Shown here in pieces: positions 1 to 9,238 of a DNA stretch of 64,000 nt (positions are counted from its first letter, which is position 1; each line of letters begins with the position of its first letter). The notes under the pieces were generated by a model. The model did not search any database and had not been told where the DNA came from. It saw nothing but the letters and a program-made list of their open reading frames with translations. This DNA is from an uncultured delta proteobacterium (GTDB lineage Bacteria > Desulfobacterota > Binatia > Binatales > Binataceae). The stretch spans positions 928,001 through 992,000 of the forward strand of contig CAVQEQ010000001.1 of assembly GCA_963711565.1 (NCBI GenBank), read 5' to 3'. The position numbers and the translations under genes are program-made.

Positions 1-123
1 CAGGAAATCATTCGATGGCTGGGCGACGGCGATCCGACCACCAAGATCCTGATCGAGCAGATCAACAAGGTCGAAGAAGAGCACGCCAACGACATGTTGG
101 ACCTCCTCACCAAGATGGGCTGA
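1..123 (+). CDS. Ferritin-like/bacterioferritin family protein, 3' end only
   Basis: Frame 1 reads QEIIRWLGDGDPTTKILIEQINKVEEEHANDMLDLL*. The DPTT and EEEH motifs match the last helix of ferritin-like di-iron proteins. Confidence 0.8.
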   Translation, partial: QEIIRWLGDGDPTTKILIEQINKVEEEHANDMLDLLTKMG

Positions 124-180
124 CGACTCGCGCTTATGACGGTAACGCCGACTTGATCGCTTCCGCGCCCCCGATTTCCT

Positions 181-1917
181 TCAGCGGCCCGCGGGCTCGA
201 GCGGCCAGGTAAAAGAATCCGGCAAGTTGCTTGCGTCGATGAAGCTGTCCGTCAGGATGCGATGCAGGCGCGCCCATTCTTTTCGGGCGTCCGGACTTGG
301 CGTGCCGTGGGCGAGGTTGTCGAGCTGGAGCGGATCGCTCTTGATGTTGTACAGCTCGTATTCCGCCTTGCCGCCTTCCATTCCGAAGTAAATCGCGTAG
401 GTCCAGTCGCCTTCGCGAATCGCGCGGATGTGACCGGCCGGCACGTCGGCCGGAAGAAAAAACAGATCGTCGAAAGAAAATATCGTGTGATCCTGCACGC
501 TCGTCGATGGATCCTTCATCACAGGCACGATGCTCTTGCCCAGCGCGTAGGACTCCGCATTCGCAACGCCCGCGAGATCGAGAATCGTGGGCAGAAGATC
601 CAGGTGATCGTAAAAAGCCTCGGTCGCGCGCGGCTCCGGAAAAAGTTTCGGGTTGTGGACGATCAGCGGGACATGGATCATTTCTTCGTACGCGGTGTAG
701 GCCTTCTCCCGCATCCCGTGTGACAAGCCGCCCTCGCCGTGGTCGGCGAAGCGCAGGATGATCGTGTTGTCCATCAGCCCGGTTTCCTCGAGCGTGTCGA
801 GCACAGTCATGATGTGCTTGTCGACGACCGTGTTGAGGTACGCGTAGAAATTCACGTACTCGTTGCGCGCTTGCGCGGTCTCGATCGGCGAGAACTTGTT
901 GAAGGCGTAGCGCGCGGCCTTCTGCACGCTCGGTTTGGTCGAGAGATCGTCGGCGTAGTTGGGCGGCATCTCGATGCCGAGTTTAACGAAGGCGTCGCGC
1001 TTATAGCCGGCCATCTTCCAGAAATGCGGATAGACGTAAACGTCGTGCGGATTGACCAGCGAGACGAACAGGCAGAACGGTTTGCCCAGCTTGGGCGCGC
1101 GATTCTTGAGATAGTCGACGACGCCTTCGCCGAAGCCCGGCGTCTGGCCGCGGTCCTCCGCATTGCGGCCGTTGACGTAGCGCCCATCGTTATCGGGATC
1201 GGCGCCACCCAGCGTCGCGAGGCCGTTGAATTTGCCAAACTCGGTGGGCTGCCATTGCTCGATCGCGTTGCCGGCATCGGGCGGGTTCCATCCTGACCAG
1301 CCGTAGTTATCCTCCATCGCTTTGATATCGGCCTCCGTCCAATCCTCGCCGCCGTTCCCAATCGCAGCGTTGGACGCGTAGCTCAGGTGCCATTTGCCCT
1401 TCCAGACCACTTCGTAGCCGGCCTTTTCCTTCATCAGCGAGGCGATATTCGGTTGCCGATTCTTATGCACGAGGCCGGGCCACAGGAAAGTCCGCGTCAC
1501 GCGGTTAATCGGCGCGAAACGCCCGGTCATCATCAGCGCTCGCGACGGCGAACATTGCGTGACTGCGGTGTAGGCGCGGTTGAAATACAGGCCGTGGCGC
1601 TTGAGGCGCTGCAAGCCGGGCAGGTTCTTCTCAGCCCACCCGGAAGGCCAGTGCATATGGTGGCGCTCCTGATCGGTCATCAGCACGACGATGTTGGGTG
1701 TCCTCGGAACGTCAGCCGTTTCGCTGGTGGAGGCTCGCGCGGTGCTAACGCGAGGCATTGGCGAGAGCGCGGCCGCGATACTGGCTCCCGCGCCGAGCTG
1801 CAGCAAACGTCGCCGGCTGATCCGATTGGTCACTGCGGGATGCGGATTTGCATTCGAGGTTGTACCGCTCTTTTCGGATGCCGCGAGGTCTGAATTCTTG
1901 TCGTCGGATTTAGTCAA
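181..1917 (-). CDS. Tat-exported formylglycine-dependent sulfatase (choline-sulfatase-like)
   Basis: SRRRLL Tat motif, PNIVVLMTDQ, CSPSR (CxPxR), GKWHL, ADHGE. TTG start is approximate. Confidence 0.9.
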   Translation of the reverse strand: MTKSDDKNSDLAASEKSGTTSNANPHPAVTNRISRRRLLQLGAGASIAAALSPMPRVSTARASTSETADVPRTPNIVVLMTDQERHHMHWPSGWAEKNLPGLQRLKRHGLYFNRAYTAVTQCSPSRALMMTGRFAPINRVTRTFLWPGLVHKNRQPNIASLMKEKAGYEVVWKGKWHLSYASNAAIGNGGEDWTEADIKAMEDNYGWSGWNPPDAGNAIEQWQPTEFGKFNGLATLGGADPDNDGRYVNGRNAEDRGQTPGFGEGVVDYLKNRAPKLGKPFCLFVSLVNPHDVYVYPHFWKMAGYKRDAFVKLGIEMPPNYADDLSTKPSVQKAARYAFNKFSPIETAQARNEYVNFYAYLNTVVDKHIMTVLDTLEETGLMDNTIILRFADHGEGGLSHGMREKAYTAYEEMIHVPLIVHNPKLFPEPRATEAFYDHLDLLPTILDLAGVANAESYALGKSIVPVMKDPSTSVQDHTIFSFDDLFFLPADVPAGHIRAIREGDWTYAIYFGMEGGKAEYELYNIKSDPLQLDNLAHGTPSPDARKEWARLHRILTDSFIDASNLPDSFTWPLEPAGR

Positions 1918-2057
1918 ACTGGTGTTCGGCTCGGTCAGTCACCACTACTCTTCGAGAGCGGCGCTGGTCAACGCGGCGTCCGACCATCGAGCTGACTTTA
2001 CACGAGTTTCCGCGCCTGATAGCACCTAATTAGGTGCTCGACTAAAAGAGGTGCTTC

Positions 2058-2354
2058 GTGGCCAGGATCAACATCGCGAAAGACATTCAGTCGCTGACAA
2101 CCTTCAGGCGTAATTCGGGACAATTTCTCAAACAGATCAAAAAAACGAAGCGCCCCATAGTGTTGACCGTCAACGGCAGGGCCGAGGCGGTCGTGCAGGA
2201 CGCCAAAGCCTATCAGCGGCTGCTCGATATCGCCGCCCGGGCCGATGTCTACGAAGCACTACGACAGAGCGAGGATGACATCGCACACGGCCGGACGCGG
2301 CCCGCGCGCCAGGTATTCGACGAGTTGCGGCGCCGCTATGGCATACCGCGTTGA
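2058..2354 (+). CDS. Type II antitoxin, Phd/YefM family
   Basis: IQSLTTFRRN...RPIVLTVNGRAEAVV N-terminal Phd motif; overlaps the toxin gene. Confidence 0.9.
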   Translation: MARINIAKDIQSLTTFRRNSGQFLKQIKKTKRPIVLTVNGRAEAVVQDAKAYQRLLDIAARADVYEALRQSEDDIAHGRTRPARQVFDELRRRYGIPR

Positions 2355-2658
2355 ACTGACACCTCGCACGAAGCGAGACCTGATCGACATCTACGAACGG
2401 ATCTCGGTTAACGATTCCGTGGCCGCCGCTCGCTGGTTCAATAGACTCGAGCGGGCGATCGACTCGCTCGAACAGTTTCCACACCGCTGCCCGGCAGCTC
2501 CCGAAGCCAAAATGACCAAAGTGGAGTTGCGCAATCAGCTCTACGGGTCCAGACGCGACGTGTACCGAGTAATTTACGATATCGACGAATCGCGTAAAAC
2601 TGTCCGTGTTCGGGCGATCAGGCACGGGGCTATGGATGGGTTCTCCGAAGAAGGCTGA
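2338..2658 (+). CDS. Type II toxin, RelE/ParE family
   Basis: ATG 2338; YRVELT..AxRDLxDI-like start, SLEQFPHRC, YRVIYDI, VRAIRHG. Confidence 0.88.
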   Translation: MAYRVELTPRTKRDLIDIYERISVNDSVAAARWFNRLERAIDSLEQFPHRCPAAPEAKMTKVELRNQLYGSRRDVYRVIYDIDESRKTVRVRAIRHGAMDGFSEEG

Positions 2659-2662
2659 CTCG

Positions 2663-3183
2663 TCAGCGCGCGCGGTAGTAGAGCCAGGCGCGTTCGGAGA
2701 TCGCGGCGACATAGAACATCGCGATCAGCGGCGCGACAACGCGCACAATTGCGCCGGGAAGCGGCGGCGCGATCGCGAGCGTGATCACGAGCGCATAGTT
2801 GATGATTCCGCCCCAGTGCCCGAGCGGCTCTTTATCGGACCTGACCCGCGCGCTCCGATCACGATCGAATCGATCGCGTACTGGCTGAAGGAGAGCGCGA
2901 TCAGGATCGGAATATAGAAAGGTAGCGCGCCCGCGGCCGCCTCGCAGAATAGCGCCGCGAGTACGAACGTCACATCCGCGATGCCGTCGAGCCATCGCCC
3001 GCTGCCGCTCGCGACGCTGAGCCGCCGCGCGATTCGCCCGTCGATAAAATCGCTGCCGGCGGCGACAATCGCAACTATCGCGAATGCCAGCCGTCCCTCG
3101 TGCCCATGCGACGCCAACTCGATCCAGATTGCCGCGAGTGCGAATCTCAGCGCACTCAGGCCGTTGGGTATCTGCGCGAGCAT
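2663..3183 (-). pseudogene. CDP-alcohol phosphatidyltransferase, split by a 1-nt frameshift near 2825 (probably an assembly error)
   Basis: IPNGLSALR...SDFIDGRIARR...GRWLDGIAD motif in ORF 2785..3294. The C-terminus (LGHWGGIINY) continues in ORF 2663..2995. Confidence 0.8.
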
Positions 3184-3252
3184 CACTTTACTGCGGCGCG
3201 GCGGGGTTGGCGTTTCGCTCGCGCGAGCCGAATGCTCTACAATTGAACTCTT

Positions 3253-4230
3253 ATGCCCGGAAAAACTTCCCGCACGATCCAGGTCGTCAGCCACGGCCCG
3301 TCATGCCTCGACGGTGTGATGGCGGCGGCCGCAGTGGCGCGCTTTTACGATGGCCATAAAGTCTTAACCACGCTGGCCGGCAACAACGAGGCCGACAACG
3401 TAATCGGTAACCTGACCCTCAAATCCGACGACGCCAGCGATGAAATCTGGATCACCGACCTGTCCTGGAACTCACCGGCGACCGGCGTGCGCCTGGCGGA
3501 GTTGGCCGCGCGCGGTGCGCAGATTTACTGGATCGATCATCATCGCACCGCAGTTTCCCGCGCCGATGCCCCTGAGTTCAAGGTGCCGTTCGCCGGCAAG
3601 GTTCTCAGCGAACAATATTCGGCGGCGCGCCTGACCTTCAATTTTCTCAAACGCATGGGCCGCGACTTGCCCGAGCGCCAGCGCGCCGAGTTCGACGCCT
3701 TCCAGCCGTTCGTGATGATCGCCGACGATCACGACCGCTGGGTCCACAAGATTCCCGAGTCCGCCGACTGGGCGCTCGCCGTGCAAACGCTCGGCGGGAT
3801 TTCGTCGTTTCGCGAAATCATGAAACTGCGCGAGCCCCGCATGAGTCGCAAGCTGCGCTCCGCCTTCGAGTCGGGCCAGGATGCGATGCGCCGCAGCCTC
3901 GAACTCGCGCACGCGACGATGGTCGATCGCAAGCTCGACAACGGCATCACCGTGCGCACTGCCTGCTGCTTCGGCTACAGCAGCGAAGTCGCGGCGCAGC
4001 TCTACAAGGGGCAGACGCGGACGGTCGTCGCGCTGTTCGATTTGCGCAGCCAGGGCGTCAGCCTGCGCCGTAGCTCTGACAGCGAGGTCGATTTGTCTCT
4101 GCTCGCGCAGCGTTACGGCGGTGGCGGTCATGCCGCGGCGTCCGGCTTCGCAATTCCCGATCTGCGCCGCCTCCCGGCCGAGCGGCTGGCCGAAATTCTG
4201 GGCGATCAGCTCGAAAAGCCAGCACCCTGA
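3253..4230 (+). CDS. DHH/DHHA1 phosphoesterase (NrnB-like nanoRNase family)
   Basis: HxxxCLDG, ITDLS, IDHH, SLR...GGGHAAASG. Confidence 0.85.
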   Translation: MPGKTSRTIQVVSHGPSCLDGVMAAAAVARFYDGHKVLTTLAGNNEADNVIGNLTLKSDDASDEIWITDLSWNSPATGVRLAELAARGAQIYWIDHHRTAVSRADAPEFKVPFAGKVLSEQYSAARLTFNFLKRMGRDLPERQRAEFDAFQPFVMIADDHDRWVHKIPESADWALAVQTLGGISSFREIMKLREPRMSRKLRSAFESGQDAMRRSLELAHATMVDRKLDNGITVRTACCFGYSSEVAAQLYKGQTRTVVALFDLRSQGVSLRRSSDSEVDLSLLAQRYGGGGHAAASGFAIPDLRRLPAERLAEILGDQLEKPAP

Positions 4231-4277
4231 TCGGCCGCGCGCCCTTCTGCATCAATGATTGCCTGGCCAGTTTCACC

Positions 4278-4889
4278 GTGAGCAAAGAAGAAGTAATCAA
4301 GGAGTACCGCGTCCGCGAGATCCTCGAAGCCGCACGGCGCGTGATGGCTCGATACGGTATGCAGGGCACCACCGTCAACCGCGTCGCCGAGGAAGCGAAG
4401 GTCGCCAAGGGCACCATCTATCTCTACTTCGACGGCAAGGACGCGCTCGTCCATGCCGCGGTCCTCGAGGGCCTGCGCGAGATGGTTGCCGAAACCGTCG
4501 CGTCGGACGACCCCTCGGTGCCGCCACTCGAGCGAATCCGCGAGCTCATCCTGGCGCAGTTCCGAATTCAGGCCTCGAACCAGGATTTTTTGAAGACGCT
4601 GATCATCGGCAACTCGCTCGACATCGAGCTCGAATCCGAGGCTAGCCGCGAATACATGCGCGTCTACGCCGGCCATCTCGACTTCATGGCGTCGGTGCTG
4701 CAGGACGCAATCGATCGCGGCGCGATTCGGCGCATCGATCCCCATTTCGCGGCGTTCATGCTGGGCGAAATGCTGACCGGGTCGCTGCGCCGCCGCCTGC
4801 TCAAGCTGGCGTCGAGCCCGCTCGAATCGGACGCCGAAGCGGTCGTCGAACTTTTTCTCAAAGGCATCGCGGCGCTCCCTGAAGCTTAG
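4278..4889 (+). CDS. TetR/AcrR family regulator
   Basis: ILEAARRVM...VAEEAKVAKGTIYLYFDGK HTH. Confidence 0.92.
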   Translation: MSKEEVIKEYRVREILEAARRVMARYGMQGTTVNRVAEEAKVAKGTIYLYFDGKDALVHAAVLEGLREMVAETVASDDPSVPPLERIRELILAQFRIQASNQDFLKTLIIGNSLDIELESEASREYMRVYAGHLDFMASVLQDAIDRGAIRRIDPHFAAFMLGEMLTGSLRRRLLKLASSPLESDAEAVVELFLKGIAALPEA

Positions 4890-4985
4890 GTGTCTCGGAG
4901 CTTCGCTGCGCGCGTCTCCATCTTCAATCCTGCTCCCGCGTTCTGATACGCTCGCGCAATTGTGAGCGCTGGAGACAAAACAACT

Positions 4986-5345
4986 ATGGGCGAAATCGCG
5001 ATCGTTCTTGCACTCGGACTGGCAGCGGGCATCCTGGGCGGATTCGTCGGCGTCGGCGGCGGCGTGCTGATCGTTCCGGTGCTCGTGCTGATGCTCGGCT
5101 TCGATCAACATCTCGCGGTCGGCACTTCGCTTGGCGCCCTGTTGCCTCCCGTCGGTATTCTCGGCGCGTACGAGTACTATAAGCACGGCCATCTCAACGT
5201 CACATACGCGCTGCTGCTGGGCATCGGCTTGCTGATCGGCGCCTACATCGGTGCGGTGTACGCAGTTAAAATGCCCGCCGCGACCCTGCGCCGTATCTTC
5301 GGAGTGTTCCTGCTCCTGACCTCGATCCGCATGCTCTACAAATGA
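4986..5345 (+). CDS. TauE/SafE (TSUP) family half-size transporter
   Basis: GILGGFVGVGGGVLIVP, AVGTSL; hydrophobic throughout. Confidence 0.85.
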   Translation: MGEIAIVLALGLAAGILGGFVGVGGGVLIVPVLVLMLGFDQHLAVGTSLGALLPPVGILGAYEYYKHGHLNVTYALLLGIGLLIGAYIGAVYAVKMPAATLRRIFGVFLLLTSIRMLYK

Positions 5346-5389
5346 ATCGTCGCCTTGCGCTCTAGAATGACGGTAACTAAGTTCGCGAT

Positions 5390-5818
5390 GTGGACGCGCG
5401 GCTCGAACAAGCAATCAACCTTCTGCTCGAATCCGAGCGCGCCGGCGTGCTCGCACTCGACAAACTCATCGCCAACGTCAAGCAAGCCGAGCTGAAACAG
5501 TTCCTGTCCGGCTCGCGCGCGATGGAACAGCGCAACGCCGAGGAACTCGAGGCCCTGATTCGCGACAATGGCGGCAAACCGTCCACTGGCGTCGGTCCCT
5601 TCGCCCGCAAAGTCGCCGCGCTCGAGTCGATTCGCGATCGCCTGAACCTGCTGTCGCGCGGCCAGGAATGGGCCGCGCGCAAAACCGAAGTAGCACTCGC
5701 ACTCGCCCCCGCTGACGGTCCCATCCACGACTATCTGACCGCGATGGCGAATCGGCATCGCGCCGAAGTGGAATGGGGCCGCGCCGAAGTAATCCGCCTC
5801 ACCTCTCTGTCATCCTGA
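5390..5818 (+). CDS. Ferritin-like helical protein (DUF6306-like)
   Basis: LLESERAG...RLNLLSRGQEWAARK...H pattern. Confidence 0.6.
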   Translation: MDARLEQAINLLLESERAGVLALDKLIANVKQAELKQFLSGSRAMEQRNAEELEALIRDNGGKPSTGVGPFARKVAALESIRDRLNLLSRGQEWAARKTEVALALAPADGPIHDYLTAMANRHRAEVEWGRAEVIRLTSLSS

Positions 5819-5852
5819 CGAAGCGAGCAACGCGAGCGGCAGGAAGGATCTC
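5808..5852. repeat. Small palindromic element of TGTCATCCTGA...GAAGGATCT type
   Basis: ATCCT/AGGAT arms between convergent genes; it supplies the TGA of the upstream gene. Single copy in this window. Confidence 0.45.
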
Positions 5853-5906
5853 GGACAGCTTCGCGTGAGCGAAGCCGGTACCGGTTTTGAAATCGCGAAG
5901 CGCTCC

Positions 5907-6623
5907 TCAGCGTGAACGTTTCGCAACGAACACCTCGCGACCCCAGTCATCGATTAAACTGCGCGGTTCGAATCCGGTTTCACGTAACAGACGCATCCAC
6001 TCGGCGCGCGGAAAGATCCCCTCGACGTGCGAATCGTGCACGACATGCGTGTCGCCGCGACGGTCGCGCAGAATTATCGCGAAGTCGGTTCGATACGTCG
6101 TGTCGGCCGGATCGGGATCGACGACCCACATCAGATAGCGAAGGCTGCGGCTCTCATCGCCGTCGTGTCCGCCATGCCTGGTCTCCGCGACGAATGTTTC
6201 CCGCACGCAGTCCGGTACGAACAGCGCTACGCCACCTGCGCGACAATGCCGGTACGCGGTGCGGATCGCGGCGCGCAGATCGTCTGCGTTCGTCATGTAA
6301 GAAACCGCATCATGCACAAATACCGCATCGAACGTTCGTCCGAGGATCACCGAGCGCATATCGCCCTCGAAGTGCTCGCACTCCGGATTGAGCTTGCGGC
6401 TGACGGCAAGCATCTGCGGCGACAGATCGACCAGCGTCATTTCAAATCTCGATTTGAGATGCAGCGCGTTGTTGCCGCCGCCCGACCCGAGTTCGAGCAC
6501 AGTGCGCGGCGCGCGGCTGCACGCGTCGACAAGCACGCGCGCAAAGTACGCCGCCTCTTCCGCATAGTCGTCAGGCGCCGAGAACAGCGGCCACCATTCG
6601 GCGAGCTCGTCGTACAGCTTCAT
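5907..6623 (-). CDS. Class I SAM-dependent methyltransferase
   Basis: VLELGSGGG, VDLSPQML, GDMR, FDAVFVHD. Confidence 0.9.
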   Translation of the reverse strand: MKLYDELAEWWPLFSAPDDYAEEAAYFARVLVDACSRAPRTVLELGSGGGNNALHLKSRFEMTLVDLSPQMLAVSRKLNPECEHFEGDMRSVILGRTFDAVFVHDAVSYMTNADDLRAAIRTAYRHCRAGGVALFVPDCVRETFVAETRHGGHDGDESRSLRYLMWVVDPDPADTTYRTDFAIILRDRRGDTHVVHDSHVEGIFPRAEWMRLLRETGFEPRSLIDDWGREVFVAKRSR

Positions 6624-6631
6624 CGCGAGCC

Positions 6632-7234
6632 TCACTTCACGGGCGGCGCCGGCACTTCCGCCATGCGCGCCGTAGTATCCGAGTCGTACTCGAGATGCAG
6701 CGCGCGCACGATCATGCCATGCATCCGCCAGAGCCCGATCACGTAAAACAACTCCATGATCTGCTCGTCGGCCAGATAACTCTTGAGCGCGGCGAAGGTC
6801 TCGTCTTCGACCAGGTTGCGCCCGATGATTTCATCCGTCGCCTGCATCACGGCGCGCTCAACGTCGCTGAACTTGTCGCTGACCGCCCAGCTCTTTATCG
6901 CCGCCAGCTTGTCCTCGGAAACGCCCACCATACGCGCGACCTTGAGATGCTGCGAGTACTCGAACCGCGAATCGCCGACGATTCCGGTGCGCAGAATCGC
7001 CAGCTCGCGCAGCTTCGGCGGCAGCTTCCGCCCCGGTTGCATCAACGCCATCAACGAATTGCGCGCGTTGAAGAGCAGGTCGGGCACCAGCGCAAACGTC
7101 GTCCAGTAATCGCCCGGCGTGCCGGTGGCAGTCCCCGGCTCGGCTACGGGATCGCGATCGCCAAAGAATTGCTGGTAAAGTTCGCGGATTTCCGGGGTAG
7201 CTTCGGCCTTACTGACCTGACGTAGTCGTCCCAT
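6632..7234 (-). CDS. Carboxymuconolactone decarboxylase/AhpD-like protein
   Basis: LPPKLRELAILRTG...FEYSQH...FSDVERAV. Confidence 0.85.
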   Translation of the reverse strand: MGRLRQVSKAEATPEIRELYQQFFGDRDPVAEPGTATGTPGDYWTTFALVPDLLFNARNSLMALMQPGRKLPPKLRELAILRTGIVGDSRFEYSQHLKVARMVGVSEDKLAAIKSWAVSDKFSDVERAVMQATDEIIGRNLVEDETFAALKSYLADEQIMELFYVIGLWRMHGMIVRALHLEYDSDTTARMAEVPAPPVK

Positions 7235-7339
7235 GATCGCTCCTTATGCAACCGATGCCCGTTTCGACGAAACCACTATCGCCGATGTTCCGCGCTCTTG
7301 CGAGGCTGCGCGCGCGGCGCGATAATCCGATGCTCCGGT

Positions 7340-7417
7340 GGACGCATAGCTCAGCCCGGTTAGAGCGCTTGCCTCACATGCAAGAGGTCCCTGGTTCGAG
7401 TCCAGGTGCGTCCACCA
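7340..7417 (+). tRNA. tRNA-Val, anticodon CAC
   Basis: Acceptor stem GGACGCA/TGCGTCC, D-arm TAGCTCAG, anticodon arm CTTGC-CTCACAT-GCAAG, T-loop GGTTCGAGTCC, encoded CCA. Confidence 0.97.
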
Positions 7418-7776
7418 TTTTTCTCTCAGTTATTCATGCTGTTCTCGCCCTCTCAGTTCAGAACGGTACGTTCTTCACGCTCCGACTGTGGGGGATAAAA
7501 GGGCGACCCCGAGAGAGGCAGACTCCCGTATCGAAACCGGAGGTCTTGAAGCTTGAGGGCAGTTGGAAAGACGCAATCAAGGATTGATTGACGAAGCGTT
7601 CTCCTGAGGGCTGGTCCGAATCCGACTAACGCCGTAATATTATCCACAGAGCGCAGGTGCCGCTGTATATAGATAGCTGACGCCTGATTTGATTTTATAT
7701 TACCAATTCCAATATTATCCGCCCAACTACAAACGGCAAAAACCTGCCGAACAAGGCTGCGGAGGCGGAGGGGTTA

Positions 7777-8424
7777 ATGGCTTTAGAACGTAGCAGGTTG
7801 CTGGAAATCCTTAAGCGAACGTCCTACTTGGAGAGCGATACTCCCGTTTACCGTCTAGCTTCGGGCATCGACAGCAAATACTACATCGACTGCAAGAAAG
7901 CGCTATCCGATCCAGAAGCGCGAGATTGTCTCGCGACACTGGTCCTCCAGCTGTTTGGCACCGCGCCGATCGAGGCCGTAGGCGGATTGGAGCTTGGGGC
8001 TTATCCGATCGCGACTTCAATTTCGGACAAGATTTATAGAGACATCCACAAGAATGTTCGAGTGTTCGTGGTTCGGAAGGATCGAAAAAAGCATGGCATC
8101 ACATCGCTGATCGCCGGAGATACGAGACCGGGTGATCGCGTGCTGATTGTCGATGATGTGATCACTTCGGGTAGCTCAGCAATTCAGGCGATAGACACGG
8201 TACGCGACGCGGGCCTGAAAGTGGACGACGTAGTCGCGATGGTGGATCGCGAAGAGTCAGACGGTCGCAAGAATATTGAAGCGAAGGGCGTGCGATTTCA
8301 CGCGATTTTCACTCTCAATGATCTCAAGAGCTTCGATGGACCCGGCGACAAAAACAAAGATCCAAAATCTGATCAACAGCGGACTCTACGAAGACAATCT
8401 TCGCGAGTTGCTGCAACTAGTTAA
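7777..8424 (+). CDS. pyrE: Orotate phosphoribosyltransferase-like type I PRTase
   Basis: LASGxxSxYYIDCK, GGLELGAYP, VRKxxKxHG loop, VLIVDDVITSGSS PRPP motif; GGAGG RBS. Confidence 0.85.
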   Translation: MALERSRLLEILKRTSYLESDTPVYRLASGIDSKYYIDCKKALSDPEARDCLATLVLQLFGTAPIEAVGGLELGAYPIATSISDKIYRDIHKNVRVFVVRKDRKKHGITSLIAGDTRPGDRVLIVDDVITSGSSAIQAIDTVRDAGLKVDDVVAMVDREESDGRKNIEAKGVRFHAIFTLNDLKSFDGPGDKNKDPKSDQQRTLRRQSSRVAATS

Positions 8425-8647
8425 ACAGAACTTCTTCGATAATCCCGCTCTATGCGGTTCGCTGATCTCGATATTGCTCTCCCTTATTGAGGAGTTCGGT
8501 CAGGGCCACGTTAGTACGGTCCTTCTGAATTACTTTCAGCAGAATTTGACCCAACCGATGCTGGATGCCCTCGCGGCAGAGTCGGGTCCGCCGCAGACAC
8601 TGCTCAACGCTCTCAACAACCTTCACTCCGCCTGGTACAAGCTCTGA
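8336..8647 (+). CDS. Hypothetical helical protein (103 aa) overlapping the pyrE 3' end
   Basis: ATG 8336 in frame with ORF 8276..8647; Leu/Asn/Gln-rich amphipathic sequence; fills the islet up to attR. Confidence 0.6.
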   Translation: MDPATKTKIQNLINSGLYEDNLRELLQLVKQNFFDNPALCGSLISILLSLIEEFGQGHVSTVLLNYFQQNLTQPMLDALAAESGPPQTLLNALNNLHSAWYKL

Positions 8648-8901
8648 TTTGGCGAATGCTCCCGGATTTTTCGATTTTCCCGCAAAAATTTCTTGAGCGA
8701 GTTGATCGCGCCCGATCAGAGCCAATACCAACCTCCCCGTGGGGGCGGGTTCACTTTCGAGTCCAGGTGCGTCCACCAATTAATTCGATCAGTTGAGACG
8801 CTCGGTTTGGCGGCCGCCGCTGATTGAAGTACCTTGGAGTACGCGATCCTGTTAATTCGCAAGCGTCGAAGTAATTTGCATCACCGCCGCGAGGTCTGAA
8901 A

Positions 8902-9150
8902 ATGTTTGAAGACGAAACCATAGACATTGCGTGCCCGAAGTGTGGCTTCAAGAACTCGCTCCTGGTGCGGGAAATCGAACAGCACGCCGAAACTCATATC
9001 GTCTGCCAGGGCTGCAAGGTCGGCGTGAAAGTGGAGGCCTCGGAGTTTCAGCATCGACTCAATGAGATCAACGACGAGGTCGAAGCGATGCAGGTCGAAG
9101 CCCGGCACGGGAAGAGCCCCAAACCACGCAAAGGCGATTTTCAGATTTGA
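8902..9150 (+). CDS. Small Zn-ribbon protein
   Basis: CPKC...CQGC followed by an acidic helix; GAGG RBS. Confidence 0.7.
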   Translation: MFEDETIDIACPKCGFKNSLLVREIEQHAETHIVCQGCKVGVKVEASEFQHRLNEINDEVEAMQVEARHGKSPKPRKGDFQI

Positions 9151-9238
9151 GGTGCCCTGACCGTCTTCTCGCTCGAAAGCTAAGAATCGACGGCTGCGAT
9201 TCTCGCGCGATTTCAAAACTTGAAGGGAGATCTCTGCG

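Larger units (their letters stand above)
7395..8778. mobile_element. tRNA-anchored genomic islet bounded by 23-bp direct repeats (attL/attR-like); no integrase
   Basis: TTCGAGTCCAGGTGCGTCCACCA at both 7395-7417 and 8756-8778. The interior is visibly more AT-rich than the flanks. Confidence 0.85.

Noticed and set aside
4206-5414. Long antisense and alternate-frame ORFs (also 16489..17514, 29097..30242, 54211..55413, 62082..63437)
   Set aside because: Shadows of real high-GC genes; Arg/Ala-rich with no family motifs.
7640-7648. Perfect DnaA box TTATCCACA upstream of the pyrE-like gene
   Set aside because: A single 9-mer in an AT-richer patch, with no box cluster or dnaA; compatible with chance.
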